Of a DNA stretch of 64,000 nt, positions 1 through 10,385 are shown piece after piece. The translations under genes and the position numbers were made by a program. The notes under the pieces were generated by a model. It saw only the letters and a program-made list of their open reading frames with translations. It did no database searches and had not been told where the DNA came from. Numbering within the stretch: the stretch's first letter is position 1; every line of letters begins with the position of its first letter. The stretch spans positions 1-64,000 of the forward strand of contig BCKZ01000009.1 of the NCBI GenBank assembly GCA_001600815.1. Reading direction: 5' to 3'. Origin of the DNA: Alloascoidea hylecoeti (Eukaryota).

Positions 1-327
1 AATAAATTACGTAACTTTCAGACACTATTGAGGAGTAAGACCTTAATAGTTAAACCAATATTTGTATACAAATTCTAAAAATACTCATCTATCCACAATT
101 CTAAATAATAAACTAATTTTAAAATATATGATTATAATTCTTAGGATGCCAGATTTATTCTCGATATTTTATATATAAATATTTTTAATGGTGAGGTGGA
201 ATAATTTCAATTTCAAGTTNTGGATAGGACTGCATAGTCCGTTGTGATTAAGAGAATTGATGCATATATTAACTATGAATATGCTTCACGGCAGCGGAAT
301 ACATAGTATGTAAATACGGCATGAGGT

Positions 328-1548
328 TCAGTTTCGCATGTTAAAAGTCTGAAGATGGAAGTATCTGCTGAAATAATTGCAAATATAGGTTATGTCATAT
401 CTATAGGAATTAGATATATACATACCTAGAACCCTTCTATAGTCAAAATTGAGTTTTGTCATTGTTAATTCCTCTTTTCTTATAAAGTTATTAGCTTTGT
501 AAAGAATTAAAGCTTTCGTAATTTTATTATTTGTCTCGTCCCCAAGATCCAATTCTGATCCGATTTCTTTTATTGCTCCTTCTTTCTTCATTAATAAGCA
601 TCTTAAATTTTCATTGTTTTTAGTTAATTTCATTTCTAGTCCTAAAAGTTTTTCAATGCCATCTAATTTCCANTTTAATTTAAATTCATTTTTATTTAAC
701 AAGTCCATTAACTCCTTCAAATAAAATTTAGATTTGTAGACGATGGCAATGTCGTCAACGTACAATCCTAGGTCCAAATGTAAATTACCATCCGTTTCTC
801 TAATAAATATATTATCTAATTCAACATATCCATTATTCAACAAAAAATCTTTAATTGTTGCCTTCCATACTTTTCCTGATTCTGGCAAATTTTTCGATTT
901 CAACAATAAGTGTTTATTTAAATGTCCATATTTCTGATGAATGGAACTAATATTCCAATCTTCCTGTTTCAGAACTCTTTTAATATTTAAAATCATGGCA
1001 CCAGATAATGAACTCTTATATATGTGAGCCACGTTGACACCTTCACTATTCATCAATAAATCAGTTTCTTGATTTCTTTCATGTATACAATATCCCAATT
1101 GCTTTAAAAATCTGGTTGATACCAAATTAGGACAATCTCTTGATACTATCACTGGTACTGTTATTATCTTATCTAGTTTGATTTTTATAAATCCCTTTCC
1201 TATTTTTTCAATATTGTGTCCACTAGCACTAACTAATCTTGGTAAATTTTCAGCACCTTCATCTGTGATGTATTTGAGGTCATGGATATAATCTTTAAAT
1301 TTAATGTTAACCAGGGTGTACGATGCTCCAGTATCCAGCATCACTTCATTATTGTCATAATTAACCATATTAATATTAAATATACCTTCACTATCAGTGT
1401 CTACCTCGCTCTCTTCCTTATTCTTATGTTGAGAATTTGTATTCCTATTTTGATTTCTTCTTTTTTCTTTGCATTCATGCAAATAATGTTCCTTTGATTT
1501 ACAATTTAAACATTGTTTCGGTAATCGACAAATACTTGCGGAATGAAA
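328..1548 (-). mobile_element. Degenerate, internally deleted Ty1/copia LTR-retrotransposon gag-pol relic
   Basis: In copia order: CCHC zinc knuckle (CLNCKSKEHYLHEC), aspartic protease (LDTGAS), GAG-pre-integrase motif (IHQKYGHLN), then a direct jump to RT (LPESGKVW...LGLYVDDI...LLGLE...YRYDITY). Integrase core and RT N-terminus are missing, no RNase H recognised, one N base. Confidence 0.9.
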
Positions 1549-1912
1549 GTGCTGAAAATTTACCAAGATTAGTTAGTGCTAGTGGACACAATATTGAAAA
1601 AATAGGAAAGGGATTTATAAAAATCAAACTAGATAAGATAATAACAGTACCAGTGATAGTATCAAGAGATTGTCCTAATTTGGTATCAACCAGATTTTTA
1701 AAGCAATTGGGATATTGTATACATGAAAGAAATCAAGAAACTGATTTATTGATGAATAGTGAAGGTGTCAACGTGGCTCACATATATAAGAGTTCATTAT
1801 CTGGTGCCATGATTTTAAATATTAAAAGAGTTCTGAAACAGGAAGATTGGAATATTAGTTCCATTCATCAGAAATATGGACACTTAAATAAACACTTATT
1901 GTTGAAATCGAA
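893..1912. repeat. 364-bp near-perfect inverted repeat (893-1256 / 1549-1912) with a 292-bp spacer
   Basis: The ORFs 328..1566(-) and 1437..1916(+) share the identical peptide AENLPRLVSASG...HLNKHLLLKS. The arms are reverse complements; one mismatch was noticed (cat/cac near 1883). Confidence 0.95.
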
Positions 1913-2670
1913 TTAGATGTTGATTCTTGTTCGCTCATTGTTAATTGATGTCCTCAGATTGTATAAACACGTTGTTCTTAAACTCTTGGAAATTAAATAT
2001 TAATATATTTATTATATTATATTTTTACGATACTTTCTAAAATTGTGGGAATTCCTCCATATTTATTATGGAATCCCCGAAAACTATTTAGTCTATAAAT
2101 TTGTTCCATCATGTTCTTGCATATAATAAATGGAACTATAAATTTGTTCCACCATGTTCTTGCATATAATCAACATATAGATTGATCATAATTTCATTAT
2201 GTATCTCGACAAAAGCAACATCTTCACGAGATACAAAGATACCATGTATTTTAAGTTGGATCAAGTAGGAATATTAAGGTTCAATTTGCCGATTATTACT
2301 TCAGATAACCGGTGAAGTTATGAAGACATTGTTTATATGATTGGTGATTATAATTTTCAATAGGGTTTGAGGAGTATTTCAATCAAAAGGTGGACTTCTT
2401 TTTGAAATGAGTCTCGATAAAAATGGTAATACCATCAAAATGGTATTACAACCACACAGATGTTGTTAGATTTAGTCAGATTCTGTTAGATATCTAACAT
2501 ATACCAAGTTTTGACTGATACAGATACCCGGAGGTTTACACTTAGATCATGTTTTTAGATATTTAGATTTATGTGCATATCGTTGATGAATTTGGTAATT
2601 GAGAATGAACCCAAATGTCCATTTTCTCATACATCAACGGACATTTTCTCCCATTTTTGAATATCCATGC
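1913..2670 (-). pseudogene. Stop-riddled reading frame, possibly the upstream gag portion of the copia relic
   Basis: Minus strand reads MDIQKWEKMSVDV*ENGHLGSFSITKFINDMHINLNI*KHDL... with scattered stops. Position and strand fit gag, but there is no diagnostic motif. Confidence 0.3.
2093..2170. repeat. 35-bp direct repeat, 43-bp period
   Basis: ctataaatttgttcca(t/c)catgttcttgcatataat at 2093-2127 and 2136-2170. Confidence 0.9.
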
Positions 2671-3562
2671 ATATTGTTTTAGATGCGCTTAACTATATGA
2701 ACATGTACAAACAGAATTGGCCAGTTTAAACCTGAATATATTCTAATACAATTAGGAATATACACGCAAATCTAAATTTTAAAGATGTGTTAGTACAAAA
2801 GGAATATTTAATTAGTATTTATAATAAATATGATTAAGTGCTACAATATAAAATAGTTTGAATAGTTCATGTATTCTCTTAAAGTAAATATAAAGAATAT
2901 AAAGGGTAGCAACAACAGAAGCTTTTCCTCGGAAATTTGAAGCCTATTTATAAGTTGATGTTGTGTCTCGTTTAAATGTAAATAAAAAACACAAATTAGA
3001 TATTTATTTCAGATCAAATGAATAAAATTCAACTTTTTTAAATGATAAAGCTTTAAAATGATAGAAAACTAGATTTATTTTTAATATATCTGTTAACTAA
3101 TTCTTACATATAAACTTATATTCATTTCTAAAAGAAGGTGTGCCATAAGATAACATCATTAATATATATTAGAATATCATACCCTTCGAAACAAGCATAA
3201 TTTGCTTCTCAATTGGAGCTGGTAAATTACTAAATTTTATATGGCATATTCCCGTGAAGGAAAAATTTATAAGAACATTTTAGGACTACTAAGATCATTA
3301 AAAGGGAAAAAATACTTACGTGTTTTGAAGCAACAAATAATTGTGGTCAATACAAAAGTAAGAAATTAAAGTGACAGTGTTAGAGTGAGATGTATGATAC
3401 AATATACTCCCGTTCTCAGTTATACGTATGACAGATTTGCCAATTCTATGTCGATCAGTATTAACCGCATCCCAGTTTTTTTTCATATTCAATAATATAT
3501 CATACAAGCATCATATCTGCTTTGGTTTTAAAAAGGTAATATTTGCCTTGACAACAAATATT

Positions 3563-3590
3563 CCCCCCCCCCCCCCCCCCCCCCCCCCCC
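3563..3590. repeat. C28 homopolymer (G28 on the minus strand)
   Basis: Uninterrupted run of 28 C. Confidence 0.95.
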
Positions 3591-3699
3591 ACAAAAGACA
3601 TTTGGGTTTTAATTAGATTTCCATTCTTCATTAAGACTCATGGAAATTTGACTTATATAGGTTATATTTCTCAGTTGATATTTAAAGTTTCATGAAGGT

Positions 3700-4185
3700 C
3701 CATCCAAATTTCTTAAGGAAAGGAAAATGCAATGGAATCATTCCAAAAAGGTAAAGTAATATTAAATGTCAATTAAAAGTAGATGGTCACCAAAAGCGGC
3801 AAGCTTAAAGAGTTCCAGACGGATTTGATTCATGAAACTAAGTTTGTCATCACTTGTAAGGCTTCAACACAACAATATAATAATTATTATAAGATGAACG
3901 ACGACTATCTATTCAGATTTTACCCATTTTCGTGTTTTCACCTGCCCTCCTCGAACGCTCTCAATTCGGCTAGTGTCTATATCTCAGGTTCTCTAGTATG
4001 TTTTCTACAGAAGGTTGGTGGTTGCACTTAATGGCCAACCGTGTTTTGTGCATAGGACACCATCGGATTATGGGCTTTTGTCGATGATGCTGTTTTTCTC
4101 AAGACTATAAAAGCTTTATCGGTTCATATTAAGTTTGTTGACTGAATTCCCCCAATATACTCTTCATTTGGCATGCAAGTGTAAG
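3700..4185 (+). mobile_element. Probable decayed non-LTR (LINE-like) reverse transcriptase fragment
   Basis: Motifs in LINE RT order across stops, frameshifts and deletions: PNFLRKG..GIIPK, MVTK..KLK..FQT(G)F, then WAFVDDAVFL and, in the same frame about 27 aa later, FGMQV (like GLxIN). Confidence 0.45.
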
Positions 4186-4773
4186 TGCTATCATATCCAT
4201 ATTTATGCAAATTTTGACATATTAAACAACATAACACTATTAATTCAATTGAAAAATCAAGACTTCTAGATGATAAGTTTGCTTCTAACTCATCATAATC
4301 ATGGAAAGTAAGACTTGTATTATTTCTTGATTTCTCTTTATTAGCCGGGGGTGCAGGCTCGGTAATTGTTCTTATGTATTATACTAAGTTGTATTCTATT
4401 ATGAATCTCTCAAAATATGGAGGATGAATGTTTTTAAATTTTAATTATTACCTCATTCATATTACCCAAAACCTTAAGCTTTTGTAAATCTCATATATAA
4501 GGCTTTAATATGCTGGATCGGGATTGGAATTCAAAAGAAGACATTTTGATTGATTGATATTATACTCGCGCGAGCTCAGTTCATATATAATTAGTAGCTA
4601 GGAAGGGTCAATATATTATACAATTGTGACACCTTAAGAAAATAATAGAAGATAACATACAGAAAGCCAATTTATGATACATTATAATAATATAGCTACT
4701 AATTAGTATGTAATAATATCATTTGCATATAAGTTCTATCAGGTACTATATTTCAGTAATTAGATGAAAATGA

Positions 4774-6915
4774 TTAACAGAAAGCTAAAAAAGGTATAGA
4801 GAAAATAATAGCCATAGCCACGAAAATAGATGATGGCGAAAATGAACTAAGAGAGTTTGCAAAGTTTGGAACAACAGGTACAACTGAAGGTGTGAAGTTT
4901 GCTGAACTTGTGACAGTGACAACTATGGGAATTAGTGTTGAAGTTGCAATTGAAAAAGTAGATACTCTAACCAGTGTTGGAACATGGGGGACGAGGGTTT
5001 CTATTGTACTAGTTAAACAAGGGATAACAGTGGTGTAAGTGATTGTAATGACTTCACTAGTATAATCATATACAATGGTTTCATAAGAAACAATAGTTTC
5101 TGTTGTGTAGATAGTTGGAATTATAACTGGTTTTTCAACATGAGGTACGGGGGTTTCTATGGTACTGGTTGAACAAGGGACAGCAGTGGTGTAGGTAATT
5201 GTAATGACTTCAGTAGTATGATCATGTATAATGGTTTCACAAGAAAAAGTAGTTTCGGTTGTGTAGATAGTCTCAACTACAACGGATGTTGGTATTATGG
5301 TGGTAGAATAAGGCTTATCAATATTAGAAGAAGATAAGACATCTCCAAAACTAGTACTATTGGAAATCACAAAACTGGTAGCTAATGATAATAAAAGTGT
5401 AGCTGATGAAGCTGTAACAAATGGTGGTATTGCTGAGGATAAAGTAGCTGAGGATAAAGTAGCTGAGGATAAAGTAGCTGAGGATAAAGTAGCTGAGGAT
5501 AAAGTAGCTGAGGATAAAGTAGTTGAGGATAAAGTAGCTGATGATGATATAGCTGAAGATGATCTTGCCGATGACGATTTAGCTACACAAGAAGTATAGC
5601 TAGCGGCTTGGCAAACCACTTTAATAGCTTTAGGAACTCCATTGGGTCCTACTTGAATCTCTTCAATGTCACTAACACTTGAAGGGTCAAGTTTAGCTTG
5701 AGCTAATGAAACTTGGTGATTATCTAAATCGAATACAGCGTAAACAGCTCTTAAGAATGAATCTCCTAAAATTGGTAAACCGTCTGTCTTTTCAATAGTA
5801 AGAAAACAAATAGGGTCACCATTAGGGAAATAGACCGGGGCACCATTGTCATCAGTAGCAGCCAAAAGAAAATTTGAGAGTGGCGTTTTGATGGTTGAAC
5901 ATGAAAACTTAAAATCGAGTGTTTGACCTGGTTGATTACATGGCATTACATATAAACCAACATCGTCACTAAATATAGCACCAAGTGTTTGTCCAATTTT
6001 ATCAACAAAAGCTGCAGGTAATAGGGTAAATGTAGTTCCGGAATCAAGAAGAGCATAAAGACCACCCTCTTCTAACAATTGTGTCTGTATCGAAATTGTA
6101 TCATTATATGCAAATACATCTGTTTCACAACCATCAATACTTGTTGAAAGTCCAGTCAGATGAACTGAAGTTCTGTATTTACTGATAATAGGGATAGTAA
6201 TTAGAGGACCAGTGTATTTGGAATGGTCAACTGCTCCAAATAAAATAGTTCCAGATTCTGCTTCCTCTGAATTTAAAAACAAAGAGTACGCTTGTGAATT
6301 TATAAGACCATTAGCGACTAAAGCACCGGGGAAATTTATATAAGTGGTGTTGGAGGATTCAAGAGTGTCAAAACCAATACCGAAGACACCAAAAGAAGAA
6401 TTGGCATCTGTACCAACTGCGAAATTGAAATTTGGAACAGATGTATCACCAATATGGATTGTATCCATACCCCAATCACCTTTTGCGTAAGTGTAATCAC
6501 CATATTGAATTGAGAACTGTGAGTTATTGTACTTCCAAGTGGATGAAGCCTCAGGATCATAAAATCCATATTCGTCGCACTTAGCCTCTTTGCAATGTGG
6601 ATTTTTTTTAGAAGAAACCCATAAGTCAGATGAACCAGTATCTATTGTAACACCAATAGTCCCTTGTGCAGGTGTGCCAAGTGTAAAATTAATCATATAG
6701 AAATAAACCTCATTCTTAAGATGAAATTCATGATAATCCCTTTCCTGGATAGAATTAAAACTATGGGGACTTGTAAGTGGCAGGATATTAGTTTCGTCTT
6801 CTGTTAAGACTGCTACTCTTGAAAAATCAAAACTAACACCAGCAGCATTTGCTATGGATGGCAAAGTTGCGGAAAACAGATAAGCTAGCGAGTGACCAAT
6901 TTTGATATCAACCAT
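4774..6915 (-). CDS. Yapsin-like GPI-anchored aspartyl protease (pepsin family A1), 713 aa
   Basis: Signal peptide, both catalytic motifs (DTGSSDLWV and LDSGTT), ILGDSFLR, Ser/Thr-rich stalk and hydrophobic C-terminal GPI-type signal. Confidence 0.93.
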   Translation of the reverse strand: MVDIKIGHSLAYLFSATLPSIANAAGVSFDFSRVAVLTEDETNILPLTSPHSFNSIQERDYHEFHLKNEVYFYMINFTLGTPAQGTIGVTIDTGSSDLWVSSKKNPHCKEAKCDEYGFYDPEASSTWKYNNSQFSIQYGDYTYAKGDWGMDTIHIGDTSVPNFNFAVGTDANSSFGVFGIGFDTLESSNTTYINFPGALVANGLINSQAYSLFLNSEEAESGTILFGAVDHSKYTGPLITIPIISKYRTSVHLTGLSTSIDGCETDVFAYNDTISIQTQLLEEGGLYALLDSGTTFTLLPAAFVDKIGQTLGAIFSDDVGLYVMPCNQPGQTLDFKFSCSTIKTPLSNFLLAATDDNGAPVYFPNGDPICFLTIEKTDGLPILGDSFLRAVYAVFDLDNHQVSLAQAKLDPSSVSDIEEIQVGPNGVPKAIKVVCQAASYTSCVAKSSSARSSSAISSSATLSSTTLSSATLSSATLSSATLSSATLSSATLSSAIPPFVTASSATLLLSLATSFVISNSTSFGDVLSSSNIDKPYSTTIIPTSVVVETIYTTETTFSCETIIHDHTTEVITITYTTAVPCSTSTIETPVPHVEKPVIIPTIYTTETIVSYETIVYDYTSEVITITYTTVIPCLTSTIETLVPHVPTLVRVSTFSIATSTLIPIVVTVTSSANFTPSVVPVVPNFANSLSSFSPSSIFVAMAIIFSIPFLAFC
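4981..5272 (-). repeat. Two diverged 156-bp (52-aa) flocculin/adhesin-like repeats in the protease stalk
   Basis: TIYTTET...EVITITYTT(A/V)(V/I)PC.TSTIET.VPHV occurs twice. Confidence 0.85.
5432..5536 (-). repeat. 15-bp minisatellite, 7 copies, encoding (A/T)TLSS
   Basis: gctgaggataaagta x6 plus gttgaggataaagta on the + strand. Confidence 0.95.
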
Positions 6916-7483
6916 GGCACAAATTGATATTAAACGAGTGTTATAAACAATTATAAAATATGATCAACTGAAAATACGAGTATAACTATAGTGGACTTCA
7001 GGCTTATATATGATGATTATATTTATAATTTCACCCCATTTTCAACAATTGAGATATTAATCTATAGTTATTCATGCCCTACACTCGCAGCCATCGGAAC
7101 TGTCAATGATTGGAATTAGAGATAGATCCACATAGTACGTGTATCTGAACTTAAATAGTTACAAATATTGTAGCGCGTCACAAAAAAAATGCTTCTTCCA
7201 CCCCATCACAAATGTTTTGTTTTGAAAAAGTCAAATACATTATAATTTTATTATATCCACCAGTCGGAAATTATATTAATTTGATCATAAGGTTAAAAGT
7301 TGAGAGAGCTGGTGAGATCAATACCTGTCTTCCATATTAGGTTCTTAGGATCGATCGCTAGCAGCAACATACCAGCTAGTATATCACTTTATGATATTTT
7401 CAAACGCTTATTCAGGTTCAGATTGAACTTTGGAGTAGTAATAAAGTTATAAAAATTATAGTTGGGGTATAGCCGCTAGACTA

Positions 7484-7511
7484 GAGCCGTGAGCCGTGAG
7501 CCGTGAGCCGT
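7484..7511. repeat. (GAGCCGT)4 tandem repeat upstream of the yapsin gene
   Basis: Four perfect heptamers. Confidence 0.9.
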
Positions 7512-7549
7512 GCCATTACTGAAATATAATCCCGCCCGATACTTATCTG

Positions 7550-7557
7550 TTACCCGG
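7550..7557. promoter_or_regulatory. Reb1-type site TTACCCGG
   Basis: Exact consensus match in intergenic DNA. Confidence 0.45.
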
Positions 7558-8094
7558 AGTTTAACAGAAATATTGCGCGTTCTCTACTCAGTTAAGAAGA
7601 AATGAGTAAGTTACAGCAAGATGAGCGACAATAATAGCAGGCTATCGTTACTATTCCGAAATACTGTTTTTCCATCTGAAGCCGCCACACCCCAGAGCCA
7701 TTTTCGTCACCTATGTATGTATGCTTTCGTCATTGTGAATCTTAATAATTCGTTCCCGGGTGACCACATTTTTGTTATCTTGATTTAATTTAGTTCGTCT
7801 TATGATTGACACATATTTCGTTGCCTTACTCAACATTAGGTAGAACAATGAGTTCGCCATTTCGATCTTGATTATTGCATCACTTCGGAAACGATTAATT
7901 CACCATTATATATTTGGTAAGCCAAATATTTCCTTTTCTACTATTAAAAAAATCTAGTATACCAAACTTAAATATAACTTATGGCTCATTGACCTTATAC
8001 GTTGTACTCTATATAAAATAATACAACAGGCCCTAATACTATTCCAAATCGACGTATCATCTTCTTCTATAACTTATGGTATCTTTGGCCTTCC

Positions 8095-8578
8095 GATTCT
8101 TTTATTCATTTTTAAATATTTCAATCTCTCTTTATAAGAAACACTGGGCTTAACTCTTTTAAAAGCTTCATCGAAATCCGATTGAGTTATTAATCGTCAT
8201 TCACGCTGATTAATTGAGAGATTTCCATCTTCATCAATCCTAGTGGCTTGTCGTTTAATGGAGATGCCACTGTCGCCTCCTTGACTAGATCTGATATATC
8301 AGCATTTCCAATCATATGCAATAGTTTCAAGACTGATATTTCTATCCAACGGTAATTTCCTTGAAGCTTTTATTAAAATTTCTTTTGTTTCATCGGGAGT
8401 TGGAAATTCAATATATAACAGTTTACCCGACCTACCAGGTCTAAGCAGCATCAATAATATCAGGTCTATTGGTAACAATGACATAAACACCTTTCCTATC
8501 TTCTAAACCATCCAATTCCAGTTAAAAACGTATTAACAACTCTCGATGTAGATTTATTCAATGATATCTAGGAACTAT
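8095..8578 (-). pseudogene. RIX7: Fragment of the second AAA domain and C-terminus of a RIX7/NVL-type ATPase
   Basis: Across frameshifts and deletions: IVPR..SRVVNTF.(T)ELDGLEDRKGVYVI.TNRPDIID..LRPGR..KLLYIEFPT...DFDEAFKRVKPSVSYKERLKY. This matches the Rix7 C-terminus; no N-terminal part found. Confidence 0.8.
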
Positions 8579-10385
8579 AGAATCTAATTAATAAATAGGG
8601 TTTAGTTTTGATAAATATGCATGCAATTGTACATACTACGCCATACGGAAATATCGGATTATACATATGCATTCATCCTTTTGGATAAAGTAAAATGTAT
8701 ATCCATTTTTCACATAATTCAGCTGATTGTATGCAAACGTGTCCTCCCTTGTTGACTATTTGTGTGACCGTGAACTCTCCATAGTGGCCCAGATAAGGAC
8801 CAAGTACTTGACATATAAATGTAAGAATTAATTTGATGCAACAATAGATTTGTCATTTACCTATAGCTACCTTCTGTCCTCTTTGATATTAAATGGAGTT
8901 GATTTTGGTTGCATAGTCATATTTCTTCCGGAGGATGCTGAAAGAATGTTGATATTACTAAAAATTTTATATTTTGAGTGGGACTCTATTTGCTGGATAT
9001 TGATACTCTTGGGCAGTCAGTGAGATGTCTTAGTATACGACTTTCTGGGGTAACTACAAGTACTTTAATACTATTTAGTTACTGGTAATATTATTCACTT
9101 ATTTTTGGGTATATATCTTTTATAATAAAACCAAATCTGTATTCATGAACCTTAATATATTAAGAGGTTTAAATTGAACAAAGTGATAAAGAAGTTGCAA
9201 AACATTTATATAAAACACTACACCATTATTTATTCTATTTTAATATCCCATTTGATATCCAAGGATATAGTCTATATTTCTTTCTTTCCAGTTATACATA
9301 AAACAGTACTGACTTGCTATAGGGTTATTTTATAATATTATCCTCCTTTAATAACTTCAAATACTCTTTTTAACATAATCTTCAACTTCCATTATTTCAT
9401 CATAGTTACTAGTGGGAAGAACATTGATATATTGATGTAAAATTATTTTTTGAATGTTATTATTGTAATATTATTTTTATGTTAGACTCAAAATTAATTA
9501 TAAGATTTAAGATCCAGAATTTGACGAAGTTGTTTATAGAAAAATTTACTAGATAAGACATTATATGGACAATAAAAAGTAGAATATTTATAAATTATAA
9601 TTATATTACATAAGCTTATAATATAAACATCTATATAATTTTCTTTTCAGTTGACTAGTTACTGCTACTCTGAAGTGATACGTAGCGTCCCCATAGTGGT
9701 CAAAATTAAGTGAAATATCTGTTACCATCCCATAATTATTTTCGCGTGTTGCACGCATCATGTATGGTTTTCTTGGAGGTGTAGATTGGTTCCGATAGCT
9801 CGGTTTCAAATAATATGTTCCTTGAATGTCGCCCTTATTTTTGCCAAATAGAATCGAACTGAGCGGGGGTAATATTTATAGGTATTCATTCGCATTAGCG
9901 GCTATTATAATATCCCGTAAATTTACTATGCATTAGTAAACATTTTGAAGAATATACGGGTTGGGATTTAATCCTATATAACATATATATATATATATAG
10001 CGCTATCTAATATATTTACTTTCTTATCTTAAACTGATGATCTAGATTAATTGAATGTATATATATATAAGTGTCTACTTACAATAATATAAGCTATGTA
10101 TATATATGAAGATCCATACTAATGCAAAGAAATTCAAAAATTTTACAACATCCAAATATTTCGGATAAAAATATAATTAATAAGCAATTGCAATTTAGGA
10201 AGTCAGTCATCCGGATATCACTTTTGAAGATCAAATACGAAAAGGTCGGTGGCAGTGGCAGTGAATTTATGAAACAATGTTTTTCTCAGCATCAATATTG
10301 ACTTTGAGCATAATGTTTTAGAGTTATAAACAGTTTCCCTTTCCTCAAGTACAATTCAACCTACTGATCAAAATCCGAAAATAAA

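Noticed and set aside
1437..1916. 159-aa plus-strand ORF as an independent gene
   Set aside because: It is the inverted copy of the copia protease segment and lacks the catalytic DTG.
2093..2170. CRISPR-like repeat
   Set aside because: Only two copies with an 8-nt gap in a eukaryotic transposon relic; a simple tandem duplication.
3428..3616. Poly-proline ORF
   Set aside because: Produced only by the C28 homopolymer.
5360..5599. AEDKV-repeat protein
   Set aside because: Antisense shadow of the yapsin minisatellite.
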